Below, piece by piece: positions 24,699 to 38,829 of a DNA stretch of 64,000 bases (positions are counted from its first letter, which is position 1; every line of letters begins with the position of its first letter). Origin of the DNA: Eledone cirrhosa. Lineage: Eukaryota. The stretch covers positions 62,000,001-62,064,000 of the forward strand of contig OZ024742.1 in assembly GCA_964016885.1 (NCBI GenBank), given 5' to 3'. The position numbers and the translations under genes were made by a program. The notes under the pieces are model-generated. The model was not told the DNA's origin. It did not search any database and worked only from the letters and a program-made list of their open reading frames with translations.

Positions 24699-26914
24699 CT
24701 GTGGGAAAAGAGAATATAAATTATTTTCTACATGTTCCTAGTAGTACTATTTTCTATATCTTGTACATGTTTGTAAGTCCTACGGTATTTTACATAATAC
24801 AAATGCAATTCCCATTAGGGCTATTTTGTGTATGTTGCATATATGCATGTTATAGGATGCTTATTCTATATAATGTGTGCAGTGCCTAGTCATGCATATT
24901 TTCTGTATGCTGTGTATATATCAAAGGCCTACACTTTTGGTTATTTTTTATTTGTTTGCACTGTTTTTAAATCTTTGCCAAAGTATACCATCATCATCAG
25001 TGTTATACATCTATTTTCCAACCACAATTCAACACTATGGCACTCATTGTGCCATCAGCCAGGTTGAGCTTCACAGTGTCATCCTTCAACATATCATTCC
25101 ATATTTTCTTATGCCTACATCTTCCACAGTTTCCATCAACTTTAATAATACTGATTATAGGGATTGTTTTTTTTTCTTTCAGTCCATACAATTTTGGTTA
25201 TCTCCATTACCTGATTATATTTGGATAATTTCTTCCTTTCCTTATGATAATGATGATGACCCAGATATTGGCTGTGGCCATTATGAATATCATCCCACCA
25301 ACTTCCTTTCTATGGTGACAATGGCAAATGAGGACTGAAGACAGACACTTTTTTTCTTCAATCAATTCCACATGGATGTTTTTTAAGTTTTACTTGGAGT
25401 GGAAGATAGGGGTAAAACAGGAGGTGCTCTTTTCCACCTACCCTGAAAATTTGCTAAAATTGGAACCACAGCTTTGTGTGTTCTAAGTTAAAATACAACT
25501 GTCATTTACTTAGGAGGTAGAATAATCTGTTACCCAATTTAACACCACCACCTGGTCCTTAGGTGCCTTCTGTGAAGTTAACACTTTTATAAGCATATGT
25601 CCAACCCATCTTATGGCCATATTCTGTTCCAAGCAACTGGTCATAAGTCAATATGAACTAGAAGACCTATACATATTACTGAGGGTGTATTTTATATGCA
25701 TTACCCATATGTACTGTACTACAAAATATGTACTGTACTACATAAGTAATACATTTTATTTTCATTATTGGAAGGCCAAACAATGAGTATAAAATTAAAA
25801 TGTTTTATTCACATATTATTCTACATGCATTGTTTGAACTTCCAATCATTTAAAATTATTATATCAAAACAATGCTTTTAAAAACTACCACAAACACAAT
25901 AATATATATTTTATTTTAACTTTTTTATATATTATTATACAAATTTACCAAGATATGGTTTTAGCCTCTCTATGCTTATTGATGTTTGCAAGTAGAAATA
26001 TTTTAATTTAACTGCTGAAGTATAACAGCTGTCAAAAGAATGTGCACATGGAAATATACATGGTCGTAACTGCAAGTACTCATAAGCCATGAATATTGTA
26101 TCTTGAGTGGCGCCTGTATTTGAACAAGGTCACTAATTTGGGAATATCTTACTGCCTTCCTACCCTATCTCCGATAAATCTGGAAGGCACATTAAAGGAT
26201 CAAGGGCAGTGATAACTTTGCATATATGGTAGCCACCATTGGAATAGTGACTGCCTGACAATATCAGCCACAGACGTCTGCAATCGTTGTACAAGAGTGG
26301 CCTATGTTTGTGATATTGTGAATGCACTGGTTGGAACAGGTAGAACCCTTCCTGGGTGAACAGTGACATTAGTAAACGTACATAAGCACTGTTCTTTAGT
26401 CTGACTAAACATCACCACCACCATTTAAACATCTATTTTTCACATTTGCATGGGTTAGATAGGTTGTTGTAGCGTTATGAGACATGTCAAGTCAGGTGAC
26501 CATGTCTTGCTCATACGGAACTGTTTCTGGCTTGGTTTCTTCAGTTGGATGCTCTTCCTAATGCCAACCACATTACATACACAATTATCACCATTTAACA
26601 TATTTTCCATGCTTGAATGGGTTAGATGGGTTATCACATTGAGAGGCAAGTCAGGTCAAGTGACCATATTTTGCACATATGAAACTGTTTCTGTCTTGGT
26701 TTCTACGACCGGATGCCCTTCCTAACTCCAATGACATTAGAATGTGAACTGAGTGCTTTTTCATAGTGACACCAGCATAACTATCTGCAAGGTGGACTGG
26801 GTGCCTTTTGTTGTCACCAGCACAACCACCTTACTGGATGGACTGGGTGAATAGTAACCTAGTAAATAGAAAAGACAATGGTAAAAGATGATGGGATGTC
26901 ATAGTACTCCTTAC

Positions 26915-27046
26915 CTTATGTATACCAAGACTACCAAAGGGCAGTGGGGTACTGGTAGCATTATCAATGAGAAGAACTTCTGCATCTATGATCAAATTAT
27001 TACCACCAGGGAAAGCTTTCGGAATGTAATCCTTGAAGTGAGAAAC
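26915..27046 (-). CDS. LIG3: LIG3 coding exon 11
   Basis: gttatag / gtaagg; VSHFKDYIPKAFPGGNNLIIDAEVLLID...PLPFGSLGIHK (motif III). Confidence 0.96.
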
Positions 27047-29980
27047 CTATAACAAAATACAAATAAAGACAGGATTATCATCTCTTTAGTTGAAACTGAA
27101 TGGAAAGGTGAATGCTGCATGTGCCATGATTTAGGACATTGAGATATAAATGATGAATGTGAAACGGTAGAGAAGGTTAGAAAGAACAAAAATGAGAATG
27201 GTCTGGTGGATGTGAGGAATATCGCAGAGAGAGAAAGACTAACAATGAATTGCAAAGGATGATGCTAGCGTGGAAGATAGACGTTAAACAATGATGATGA
27301 TGATGAGAATAGAACTAGTGTTGAATGTTGTGAAGAGAAATGGAAAGAAATGATTGGATCCTGTGTTGAGGAAGGATGAGAGAGACTAGGTGAGGAATAG
27401 AACCAGTAATGAATGTTGTGAAGAGAAATGAAATGACATGGTTGAGTCATGTGATGAGGAAGGATGAAAGTGACTGGGTGAAAAGAGTGATTGAAATCAA
27501 TGTGGAAAGAAATAGAGAAAATGGAAGACAAAGATGATGGAGGAAGGATGTAGACAATAGGACCAAATGGAGAAGCTTGTCATGGAGCCCAGAAGGTTAA
27601 CCCCTACTTTAACAGTAGGCTGATAGGCTGCTATTTTTACTTTTTTCCCCCCGTTTTCATCAAAATGAATATGCATATGATAGTATGTGGGATATGTGAA
27701 TCAGCAAAAATGGAGGGGGGACAAATTTTCTGCTTCAAATTTTCTTTAGTTCCGATTTTACTTTATGTAAATTCCTTTTTCCCCATTTTCACTTTTGATA
27801 AATTCTGTTTTATCCATTTTATTGTATTTCATGAGTAAATGGCAATAAATTGTGCTATAAATATTATTAAAACAGGGAAAACGAAAGCAAAATTCAAAGT
27901 TTTGTCACATTTAAAGAGATAGCAGATATCTTTATTTTCTGAGTTCAAATCCTGCTGTGGCCTATTTGTTTGGCAGACTTAGTCTGTCACCTGGTTTAAT
28001 ACAACCACTTGGCTATTGAATGTTTGTTGCAAACAATGAAGCCAAGTTTTCAGCTTTTTGTGTTTTGAGTTCAAATCCTTGCCTATTTGGTGTTAGGAAC
28101 GGCATCCATCTATAGAAACCAAGCCAAAAGCAGAGTGTACAAGCAGAACATGGCAACTTGACCAGTCTGACCTCAGCACGTGAAAAACCACCTAACCTAT
28201 GCAAGCATGATAAATAGATGTTAAACCGTGATGATAATTATGATTGAGACCATGTTTCCAATTCTGTTCCGAGTTCAAAATCCTAGCTGCAGAGTGTTTG
28301 TGACAAATATTCAAGCCAACATTCCCACCAGTCTCAGATCTGAAAATGGTCATAGACACTGCCTTTACTTCACTGACTAAAAAGTGAAAAAATACGGTAT
28401 GTACTGTTACACCTCTTCTGGCTTCAGTCAATGAAATATAGAGATTTGGTTGTCACCAGATTTAAAGAGTTTGATCTGTCAAAAAAAATCTGCTCTTGCC
28501 TACCAAAGTATTATAGATTAGGAACTTTTTTAAATTCCCGCATGTTATAAAAGGCGACTAGAAGGGTTGGCATCAGGAAGGACACCCAGCTGTAAAACAT
28601 TGTCGCAAACCATCCCATTCAAACCCATGCCAGCTTGGAAAAGTGAACGCAAAAATAATGATTTTTAATTTTATCAGAGTTATGTCCCTTAGGAGAGTTA
28701 GTTCCCTTTATGCAAGTGGTAATACAGGTTAATCAGCGGCTTGGATAGTGGATCGCTGAGGACCACCGAAAACATCAGACGGTACCACCAGGTTTCCAAA
28801 AAAGAGTTGTGTGCACATGCATCAGCCTGCAGTGGCCTGCTTCAAAGCTATCCATTGCATGCGCTGGTACAAACATGTCCTCCACCTCCCGCGAGGGCTT
28901 TACTCTTGTTCAATACAGCAGCTACAGGCTGGAAGAGGCCCTGCACAAGATGGCTGGATGTGATTAAGGAAGATCTCCAGAGGCTCCATATCACCTTGGA
29001 TGATGCAAAATGGGACCGTTAGTGGTGGAGGGCACTGGACCTGGTCGGCTCTACACACGATGATGCCTCTAGGATTGTAATATGTGCAACAATAAAATGC
29101 ATCCAGTACATACACAGTGTAAAGTAGTATTGTTGGTGCTATGATAAAATATACCCAGAAGACTCTGTAAAGTGGGTGATTTTTGGACGATCACCCAACC
29201 ATAGAAACTATGCCAAAAATGGAATGTATGAGCAAGATGCGACTTTCTGACCCATCTAGTCTCAGACTTGGACAACCTGTCCAAACACTACAAGTACAGA
29301 AAAAAAGATAAAAAATGATGATAGTGGTGGTGGTGATGATATATACATGGCCAATGGCCCAAATCTGAAACATCATGGACAATTGAGGTGTTCTCTGTGG
29401 GACTCAGATCCTTAAAAATTTTAATATGTAAAATATTAAATCTGGGCCATGATCAAAACTAAAAAATAAAATCAAAATCAGGGCCATTTCAAAAACAACT
29501 TAGCAGATTCTTTGTTTAAAAAATAGCATAAACAAGTATTTTAAGGACATTTACCCTGCTAAAGCAGGAGATTGCCTTGCAAGCTCCATGTCAAGCTTCT
29601 CCATTTTGCCCTATCTTCTGCATACACCATCACCAATGCCCTGGCTCTCATTTTCTTCTCTATCATTTTTACCCATTTCTTTCTTGGTATTCCCTTCCTC
29701 TATGTTCTCCTACATTCACTGCCATCACTCTTCTCACTCAGTCACTTTCATCATTCCTCAACACATGACCCAACCACCTCATTCTATTTCTCTTCACAAC
29801 ATTAATCACTGGCTCGATTTCCATCACTCTTTTCACTCAATTACAACCATCTCATTCCATTTCTTCACAGCATTCATCACAGGCTCTATTTCCAGCACTT
29901 CTCTCAGCCACACACTTTCATCTTTCCTCAAAACATGACCAACTTGGTTTTTACAAAATAGAAATTAACTTGGTACTTAC

Positions 29981-30136
29981 TTTGTGGGGTTGAACTGGTT
30001 TTAAAGAACGGCTGAAATACCGGAATTCAGAACCATCTTTATGTACTTGAACTCTTTCTCCATCATACTTTATTTCAGCATAAAATCCACCAGGACACTT
30101 TTTCATGGCCACTTCCACTGAGCGACATGGCTCGGC
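29981..30136 (-). CDS. LIG3: LIG3 coding exon 10 (ligase motif I, adenylated lysine)
   Basis: tgtacag / gtaagt; AEPCRSVEVAMKKCPGGFYAEIKYDGERVQVHKDGSEFRYFSRSLKPVQPHK, containing KYDGER. Confidence 0.97.
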
Positions 30137-30964
30137 CTGTACAAGAAATTAGTTCATTATCAGTTTTAAGTGTTTTTTTTTTCTTTTCTTTCTCATGTCA
30201 GATCACAAAAGGCCTCCAATCCTCCTTTCCCAGGTTAACAATGACCTACAGAAAACACCTTTGATAGTTTGGGCATGTCTTGAAGAAGTTCTTTGAAACA
30301 AGACCTACTAATCAAATTACTGACTAGGTACCAGCAGACCAGCAGGACAAAAATGGCAAATAGCAGAGAGAGACCTCTGACTGATTAACAAGAGCTGGGA
30401 CATCAGAAGTCTGGTTGAAGTACAAAACACAGTGGAACACTGAATGTTTTATGCATGGCAGCAGGACACATCAAAGTTATGAGTTGGATAAGGTCTTTTA
30501 GTGGGGAGGAGGTGGCGAGGCAGTATTTTTGCAGCTAGATGCTCTTCCTGATGCCAACTCTCATTTATGTTATTGTTTTTTTTACCAAGTAAAACTTCTG
30601 CTTATATGAAACATACACTAGAGGTGGCTAATGTAAACAGAAGAGACGCACAAGGACACATCATATTTTTACATGTTATTTCCATACTTGGATGGGTTGG
30701 TAAAAGATAATTGGGGATTGGGTTTTCTAAAGCTGCATGCCTTTCCTGACACCAACTTATACTTTATTCTAAGCAAGGTGTATAGATATATACAGCTAAC
30801 GTTTTTTAGCCACTATACTTCAGTATAGATTGCTTTTGAGGGACATTGCTGTCATTTATATATATGGTGTTGATATGATGTTTTGTGATGACTAGCATGC
30901 ACCCATACGTACATACAAAAATCAACAAACTAAAATACTGCCAACAGCAACACACACATTGATT

Positions 30965-33068
30965 ATCATCTTCGTTAAACATCTATCTTCCACGCTAGCA
31001 TGGGTTAGACGGGAGTTGTCCCACTTGAGGCAAGGTAGGTCGGGTGACCATGTCTTGCTCATATAGGACTATCTGGCAGGTTTTCTACGGCTGGATGCCC
31101 TTCCTAACACCAACCACATTTACAGTGTGGAACTGGGAAGTTTTTACTGTGTTACCTACACGCCCACATTACAGCGAGGACTGTGTTTTTTTTGTCATGA
31201 CACCTACACGATCTCGATCTCATTATCTCATTTATTTGGACTGGATGTTGTGGTACCAACTTTACAGAGAGAGGGTGGTGTCAGTGGGAGGATAGGTAGG
31301 GGTAGTGGATTAGAGTGTATATTTGGTTAAGAGGTGCCTACTGCCTGTAGGTTTCGCTTTCTACATAGGCAAGGCGGGCCTTCTGTATTACTGCGTAGCG
31401 CCAAAGATCTCGGTCCAGAGACATTGTCTTAGAGAGGTGCAAGTGTGTAAGGTCCGAATTTATCAGATCGTCCCAGGTTTTTCTGGGTCTACCTACTCCA
31501 TAACTACCATCAATTTTGATCGCCCTGCACTTTTTTATGCAGCTGTCGTCTTTCATGTGCATCACGTGACCATACCAACGTAGTCTTCTCTCAAGTAAAC
31601 AGCATCTGATCCCTCTTATTCCTAATTTCTCACTTAGTTCATTTATGCTTTGCCGTTCATGTATATTACTATTACACATCCAACGGAGTATGCATGCTTT
31701 GTCCCTTTCCAGTCTGCGCAGGTCCTCTGCACGCAATGCCCATGCCTCACTGCCATGTAGCATTGCTGTTCATATGCAGGCATCATACAGTCTGCCTTTC
31801 ATTTTTAGAGAGAAACCTTTTGTGGCCAACAGCAGTATAAGCTCTCTGAACTTTTTCCATCCCGCTCTGACTCTGGCTACTGTACTTTCAGAACACCCTC
31901 CACCACTGCTGATTTCGTCACCCAGGTAACAGAAAGTGTCCACTATTTCTATAGAACCACCTGGGCAATAGAAGGAGCTAGTATCCTGTGGGCACTTGCT
32001 ACTTATTGCACCTGAGCATCGGGCACATATAAAATCTACGTTCTTAGATAGTTTACCTGTGATCCCACTACATCTTTTATGTACCCATACTTTGCATTTG
32101 GGAGATAAAATGGAATTTCTGCCTACTCCTTTCCTACACACTGAGCATGGCCATTTCCCTGAGGGTACCTGTGCCCTATTTTCCTTTCTACAAACTAGAA
32201 CTTTAGTCTTAGACAAGTTAACTTTAAGCCTTTTGATTCTAGGCCATGCTTCCATGTTTGGAATTTCTTCTCTAGTTCAGCCATAGATTCAGCTATGAGC
32301 GTTAGATTATCTGCATATAGGAGTTCCCATGGGCAGCCGGTCTTGAACTCCTCTGTTATAGCCTGAAGGGCAATAATAAATAGGAGGGGGCTAAGGACAG
32401 AGCCTTGATGAACGCCAACTTTTACACTAAATTCTTCACAATATTCATTGTTAATTCTAACCTTACTGACTGTTTCATTATACATAGCTTGTATAGCTCT
32501 CACAAGCCATTTATCTATGCCTAGTTTTCTAAGAGCCCACCAGATAATAGAGCGGGGGACTCTGTCAAAGGCTTTCTCCAGGTCTACAAAAGCTAAGTAG
32601 AGGGGTTTACTTTTAGCTAGGTACTTCTCTTGTAGTTATCGTACAAGGAAAAGAGCGTCTGTGGAAAAGAGCATCTGTGGTACTTTTACCTGACACAAAC
32701 CCAAATTGCATTTCATCTAGATCAATTCGCTCTCTGATTAGTTGCGCTATAACTTTTTCTGTGACCTTCATGACCTGGTCAACTAACTTAATGCCTCTAT
32801 AGTTTCCCCTATCTAGAGCATCCCCTTTACCCTTGCAGCAGTTAATGATGATGCTGCTACGCCAGTCTTTCGGTATGACCCCATTCTGTATTACTTGGTT
32901 AACTATACGGTTGACCATAGTGTGGCCCACCATACCAGATGCCTTCAACATCTCAGCAATGAGCGACACACGGTCACCCGACCAACCTTGCCTCAAGTGG
33001 GACAACTCCCGTCTAACCCATGCTAGCGTGGAAGATGGACGTTAAACGATGATGATGATGATGATGAT
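30965..33068. mobile_element. RTE-B-like 2-kb fragment (minus, 30965-32961) capped by an inverted 3' tail (plus, 32960-33068)
   Basis: RT/PHD ORF fragments 31338-33005 on minus; the terminal ~100 nt form an inverted repeat. Confidence 0.9.
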
Positions 33069-33263
33069 ACATACACCCATTTATCTATATATAAATACAT
33101 ATACACACATATATGAGTGAAGCAACATTCCAAAGCTACTTAGCTGCAACATTTTGATGCGTGCAGCACTGATAGTGTCAGGACAGTTGTGCAGCCCTGT
33201 AACTACATATTGAAGAAAAGTGTTTGGAGGTGTAAACTATGTGAAGAGAAGCAGAAAACCTAC

Positions 33264-33426
33264 CAGCATGGGCAAGAATGGCGTCATTAATGAAACCAGA
33301 ATGCTTAACTTCTTCTCCAGTCCTAGTTTGTTTTCATGTCGATTCTGCATCACCCTATCCACAACATCTTGGAGACAGCGAGAGGCTTGAAATGCAGCAT
33401 AGGCATTGGGGTTAAGACCATCTAAG
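33264..33426 (-). CDS. LIG3: LIG3 coding exon 9
   Basis: attccag / gtaggt; LDGLNPNAYAAFQASRCLQDVVDRV...SLMTPFLPML. Confidence 0.95.
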
Positions 33427-33519
33427 CTGGAATAATGTACAGGACAAAGTGGTCAGATTTATATAGATGTAACAAAAAGACAATTGTTAAAACGTAGATA
33501 TCATATAAACACAGAGAGA

Positions 33520-34382
33520 GAGAGAGTGAGAGTTATAATGCAGCTAAATAGGGAAAGAGTCAAAATAGATGAGATGAAGTTTGCTTTCATGCCTGAGAAA
33601 AGTACTATAGATGCCCTCTTCTTAGTGAGGCAACTACAAGAGAACTTCCTAGCCAAAAGTAAGTCACTATATTTAGCTTTTGTTGATCTAGAAAAGGCAT
33701 TTTACAGAGCACTTCAATCTATTATCTCATAGTCCTTAAAGAAATTAGGTGCAGAAGAATGGCTTGTGAGAGCAGTGCAAGCTATTTACAGAGGAACTGT
33801 TAGTAAAGTGAGAGTAGGAAATGAGTTTAGTAAGGAATTCAAGGTACAGGTAGAAGTTCATCAAGGTTCAGTTCTTAGCCCACTGTTGTTCATCATAGTT
33901 CTTCAGGCCATAACAGAGAAGTTTAAAATGGAAGCTTCTCTATACAGATGATTTGGTCCTTATAGCTGAAACCAAAAATGAGCCAGAAAATATATTCCGA
34001 TTATGGAAACTGAATTTGGAATCAAAAGGCCTGGGAGTAAACTTAGCCAAAACTAACATGCTAGTGAGTAGGACAGAACACAGGACTCAAATTCCCTCAG
34101 GGAAGTGGTCATGCATGTTTCATTGGATGTGCAATGTAAATGTGAGAGAATGGCAGAGCTTGGACGAGCTCATTGGTATGGATATGTGATGTGCATGGAT
34201 AATGACCAATGGGTGAAAAAATGCCAGGAAATCCCAGTGGAAAGCAGCCGCAGTAGAGGACGACCAAGAAAGACCTAGGCAGAGGTTGTGAGAATGAACC
34301 TAAAATCACTAAGATTTGAAGAGGAGATGACAAAGGAACGCGACAAGTGGAGAGATGCTGTGCTGAGAAAAACCTGTCCAAG
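33520..34382 (+). mobile_element. Internally deleted RTE-C-like remnant
   Basis: FVDLEKAF, HQGSVLSP; jumps from SGKWSC to MFHWMCN. Confidence 0.85.
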
Positions 34383-34465
34383 AAAGAGAGTTATTGATAA
34401 GCGAGCTAGAGGTGGAGAAAAAGGGTGAGAGAGGTGAAGTAACATAGGTCAAGATTTGAACTTAC

Positions 34466-34543
34466 ATGTGTTTAGCACCTGCATTAATCCGTAAATCATG
34501 TTTAATCAAGCGAATCACCATTTTCAGATCGTTACCTGTACAC
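34466..34543 (-). CDS. LIG3: LIG3 coding exon 8
   Basis: atgttag / gtaagt; CTGNDLKMVIRLIKHDLRINAGAKH(I). Confidence 0.95.
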
Positions 34544-34716
34544 CTAACATTAAAGAGAAATTGGAATTAAAAATAAAACAACACAACATGCTAAAGTAAG
34601 GGTTAGCCATGTGCGTTTCATGGTAGGCATCATACACATCATGTAGTTTTTCTTACGCAATGTTTTATAGCTAGGTGTCTTTCTAGATATCAACCTTTTT
34701 AGTCACCTCATATGAC

Positions 34717-35975
34717 AGGGGTCTCAAACTCAAAGACTCAATAGAGGCTATTACATTCTGAAGGAGATGCACAGGCAGCCAAAAGTGAGATAAGTTAGTG
34801 TGGGGGTGGAGGGCATGATTTCCAACAGTTGTAATGCTAATCTACAATATAGCTGATTGGCAGCTAATTTTTTTTTTTTTTTCATAAAATTGAATACATA
34901 TAAGTGGAATATATGAATTAGTACAAATTGTAGGAGAACAAATTTTCTATTTCAAATTTTCCTTAATTCCATTTTCAGTTTTGATGAATTGTTTTTTTTT
35001 CATGGGTAAATTTCAATAAATTGTACTATACTAGCTGACATACCCAGCTTTTCCCGGGTAAACAAATGATAAGAGAAGACAGGTAAAAGAGAAAATGACT
35101 GTATTGGATGTTTGTCTGGTTACAGTATGAGGCGAGTCCGTGGTGTCTGTGTGATACAAAAACAGTAAAAAAAAAAAAAAATCTTCCAGATATACCAGAT
35201 TCTTCGTTGTACCGTTTGTGCATAGTATATGAACAATTCTAGGTGCTCCCCCCTAGAATAGTGACCTCTAGGAGATGGTTCATCTTCTGCCTGACTGTAA
35301 AACGTGTATCATTGCATAGACGTGGTTGTTCCACGTTTCTCAAAAGGATGATGGAAGTTCCAATCTTTTATATTATATGTAGATATAGATAATTAATATA
35401 AAAGATGTCCGTCAATGTAAAAAAGGTCCCTATTTACTCCCTTCACAACTCTGTGTATGTTAGACTGACAGACAGACACACAGACAGATAAACTGCGTGG
35501 CGATTGTGGAATGCCGCGTACACACACATACACGCATGGAAACGCGCACACGCACGCAAACTTACACACGCACCCGTGCACTTACACACACACACATGTT
35601 GATAGTTTTTACTTTCTGTGGAACGCTGCATGCACGCACACACAAACATACGCACACGTACATACACACGAACACATGTTAATAGTTATTGCTTTCCTTC
35701 CCCTCTTATTTCCACACACATCACACACACACACGTCTCATTGGCATTATGCATATTAATTTAAGTTTGGCGTCGTTGAGGTGGGCGAAGTCGTTTGAAC
35801 CTATGAACCAATGATAATCGAGAATTATGACATACGGAATACTGACATTGTTGAAATTAATATATAGATTAAAACAGGGCCAAATTACCAAGTTTTTGAA
35901 AAATATTAGTCATGAAAATTTTTCTGCCACATGCCATAGAAAAGTAGTTTGTGGACCATGTGTTTACAGACCCTG
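34717..35975. mobile_element. hAT-like MITE (cagggg tctcaaac ... gtttacagaccctg) with a nested Helitron
   Basis: Imperfect terminal inverted repeats; no clear 8-bp TSD. Confidence 0.45.
35031..35868 (-). mobile_element. Non-autonomous Helitron
   Basis: Minus strand: A|TCTATATA start, CTAG|T end, hairpin acccagcttttcccgggt. Confidence 0.75.
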
Positions 35976-36651
35976 TTCTAAACTAAATACACATTGTATA
36001 TAAAACAACGAATTTGGTGAGAGAAACTTCCTGACCTCTAGCCAACAAACATGCTGTCTCCGCCCTCTGTATATTCTCTCACTGCTACAATTCCTCAGAG
36101 CTTACTGGTCTCATGCCAACTCCACTCAGGTACTACTGACTTATCTCTCCTCTTCTCAATCACAGCACTAACCACAATTCCCAATCCTTCTTACATAAAA
36201 CACTGTCCCTCTGGAACTTGCTCCCTACTCATATCTTTCCAAAAAGAGTGAACCAGCAACATTGTTGATTTCTCCTGTCTCGGAGGATCTGTGGAGGCCA
36301 CTAGCACTGCCCCTCCCTCCATATTTACCAGGTAAACAGTTACAAAACTTGAAATTTGGAAACCAATTGACTGGTATTTTATTTTATCAGTTGCAATTTA
36401 AGAGTAGCTTTTTTTCCCTGTCACCCCTCGAGTTTTAAATACCTTGTTAAGTATTTTAAGTACTACCCTTCCCTTCCTGAAACTAAACAGTATTTTATTT
36501 TTAATTCATGTACATATAACATACACACACTCACAGAGTTAGATATAAGAATATGTGTGAACACAGAAATACAGGTATCCACATGTATGCATGCATTATA
36601 TGTTTACATATAGCTGACTTTATTTAAAATCTTAGTATAAAGTATCTCTAC

Positions 36652-36731
36652 CTTTTGGCAATTTTGGTAAGATATCTCTGTTGGTCATCTTCTTTAGTGA
36701 CCTTGGACAGATTTGTTAAGAGTTGATCCAC
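36652..36731 (-). CDS. LIG3: LIG3 coding exon 7
   Basis: attccag / gtagag; VDQLLTNLSKVTKEDDQQRYLTKIAK(R), phase 0-2. Confidence 0.95.
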
Positions 36732-36789
36732 CTGGAATGAACAGCAGCAATACATATCTTGAGTCACATAGATATACATATACAAAACT

Positions 36790-38620
36790 ATTCACTGGCA
36801 AACTAAGTAGATACAAGCTTTTCTGGGTATGGAGTAGGAGTAGGTAGGGTACACACTCTACTAGCTGAGAAGTGGATAGATAGGTAACTGAAGTAGTTAG
36901 AATAAGCGACAGAGTTTTGAATCTCAGAATAGCCAAAGGCAAAAAATGACAATTATCTCAAGCTATGCACCACAAGCTATGCAAGACTAAGTAAAGAATT
37001 AAAGTGCCACTTCTATAAGCAACTTTTAAAGACAACCTCCATTAAAGATAACAGAGACCATATCATCCTAGCTGGCAACTTCAACGGGTATATTGGACAG
37101 CACCAGGATGGATACACTGGAGTACATGGTGGATCTGGTTATGGCTCAAAAAATGAAAAGGGGCTGAGACTCCTAGAATTCTGTGATGCAAATTTACAGA
37201 CTATTTGCAACACAAATTTCAAAAAGACAACCAGCTACCTGATCCCTAATCAATCAGGCAAATACACAAGCCATATTGACTTTTTAATGTTAACAAATGT
37301 GACAAGCAGATGATTTTGAACATTAAGTCCATCCCTGTTGAAGAATACACCACACAACATAAATTAGTTATTAGTGACATCAGATTAAGCACAAGACAAA
37401 ACAAGATATGCAGGAAAATATGGAGAAGGAAAGTATGTAAGCTAAAGGACCTGACTATTCAATATAGGTTTAGGAAAGCTCTACATGATGCATATGACAA
37501 GAGGGAAGAGTCAGACACATATGACAAGAGGGAAGAGTCAGACACATATGACAAGAGGGAAGAGTCAGACACATATGACAAGAGGGAAAAGTCAGACACA
37601 TATGACAAGAGGGAAAAGTCAGACACATATGACAAGAGGGAAAAGTCAGACACATATGACAAGAGGGAAAAGTCAGACACATATGACAGAGGACAATTGG
37701 AAGTTTCAACAAGATAACTTACTACAGGCTACTGAGAAGACTTGTGGCCGGAGTAAAGCTTTAACCAGACAGAGGGGGACCTGGTGATAAAACAACACTG
37801 TGAATAAAGCTGTTACAGAAAAGAGGATAGTGTGAAAAGACTGGAGGAATGGGTTGCAGTAAAGATGATTATCATTTAGCTAAAAAAGAAGTTAGACGAC
37901 AGGTATACATATCACGCAGAGAAGCTGAAAGCAGGAGGTTTGGCAGAAATGGGAGGTGTTCGTATTGCTAAACAATGTTTCCGTGATAATCAGGACATTG
38001 TTGGGGAAAGTGTGACGGATGACATTGGTGCATTCAGCGTCACAGATGCCCAAATGAAGGGGGCCTGGAAATGCTACTACAAGAGGATGAGGAATATGGA
38101 GAATGAGTGGGAGGAAGAAAGACTATTGCCAGGACCCAAAAGAGGGACCAGCTATCAAAATTGACAATTATAGGGTTAAGGAAACAATCAAGTGAAGGGT
38201 AGACTGTATGATGTCTGCATGTGAACTGTAAAGCTACATGGCAGTGAAACATGGGCCTTAACCACAGAAGACCTGCAAAAGCTGGAGAGAGATGAAGCGA
38301 GTCTGCTCCGATGGATGTGTAATATTAGTGTACATGAATGACATAGCATAATTGAACTGAGAAGAAAACTTGGTATAAGAGGAATTGGATGTAATGTGCA
38401 AGAGAGAAGACTATGCTAGTACAGACATGTGATATGTATGGAGGACAGCAGCTACATAAAAAAATTCAGAGCAATCCCAGAGGCTGGAACCCAGGGAAAA
38501 GGCAGACCCAAAAAGACATAGTGAAGAGACTTAAGAAACTAAGCCTCACAACTGAAACAACAAAGGATCGAGAGGACTGGAGCTATGCTGTGATGATGAA
38601 GACCCAGTTAGAAGCATAAA
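36790..38620 (+). mobile_element. Degenerate, internally deleted RTE
   Basis: APE-region and C-terminal homology; RT core missing (jump near 38192). Confidence 0.85.
37491..37689 (+). repeat. 27-bp minisatellite, 7+ copies (YDKRE[E/K]SDT)
   Basis: catatgacaagagggaa(g/a)agtcagaca. Confidence 0.97.
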
Positions 38621-38829
38621 TATGACTTGACCCATCCATGAGCCACCCTTTCCCTCACACCAGCACTCTCCACCATCTATCCTCACCACTACTGCACCCA
38701 CCACCCATACCTCCTCCAGAACCATTCCTTAACTACTAACTCCCTCTAAAGATCTTAGATATCTTCACCATTGCACCCTAGTAGCTACCTCTTGTTCACC
38801 CCACAACCACCCCTTAGCCCTTCACTACC

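Noticed and set aside
37491-37689. CRISPR-like regular repeat
   Set aside because: Contiguous tandem units without unique spacers, eukaryotic context, no cas genes
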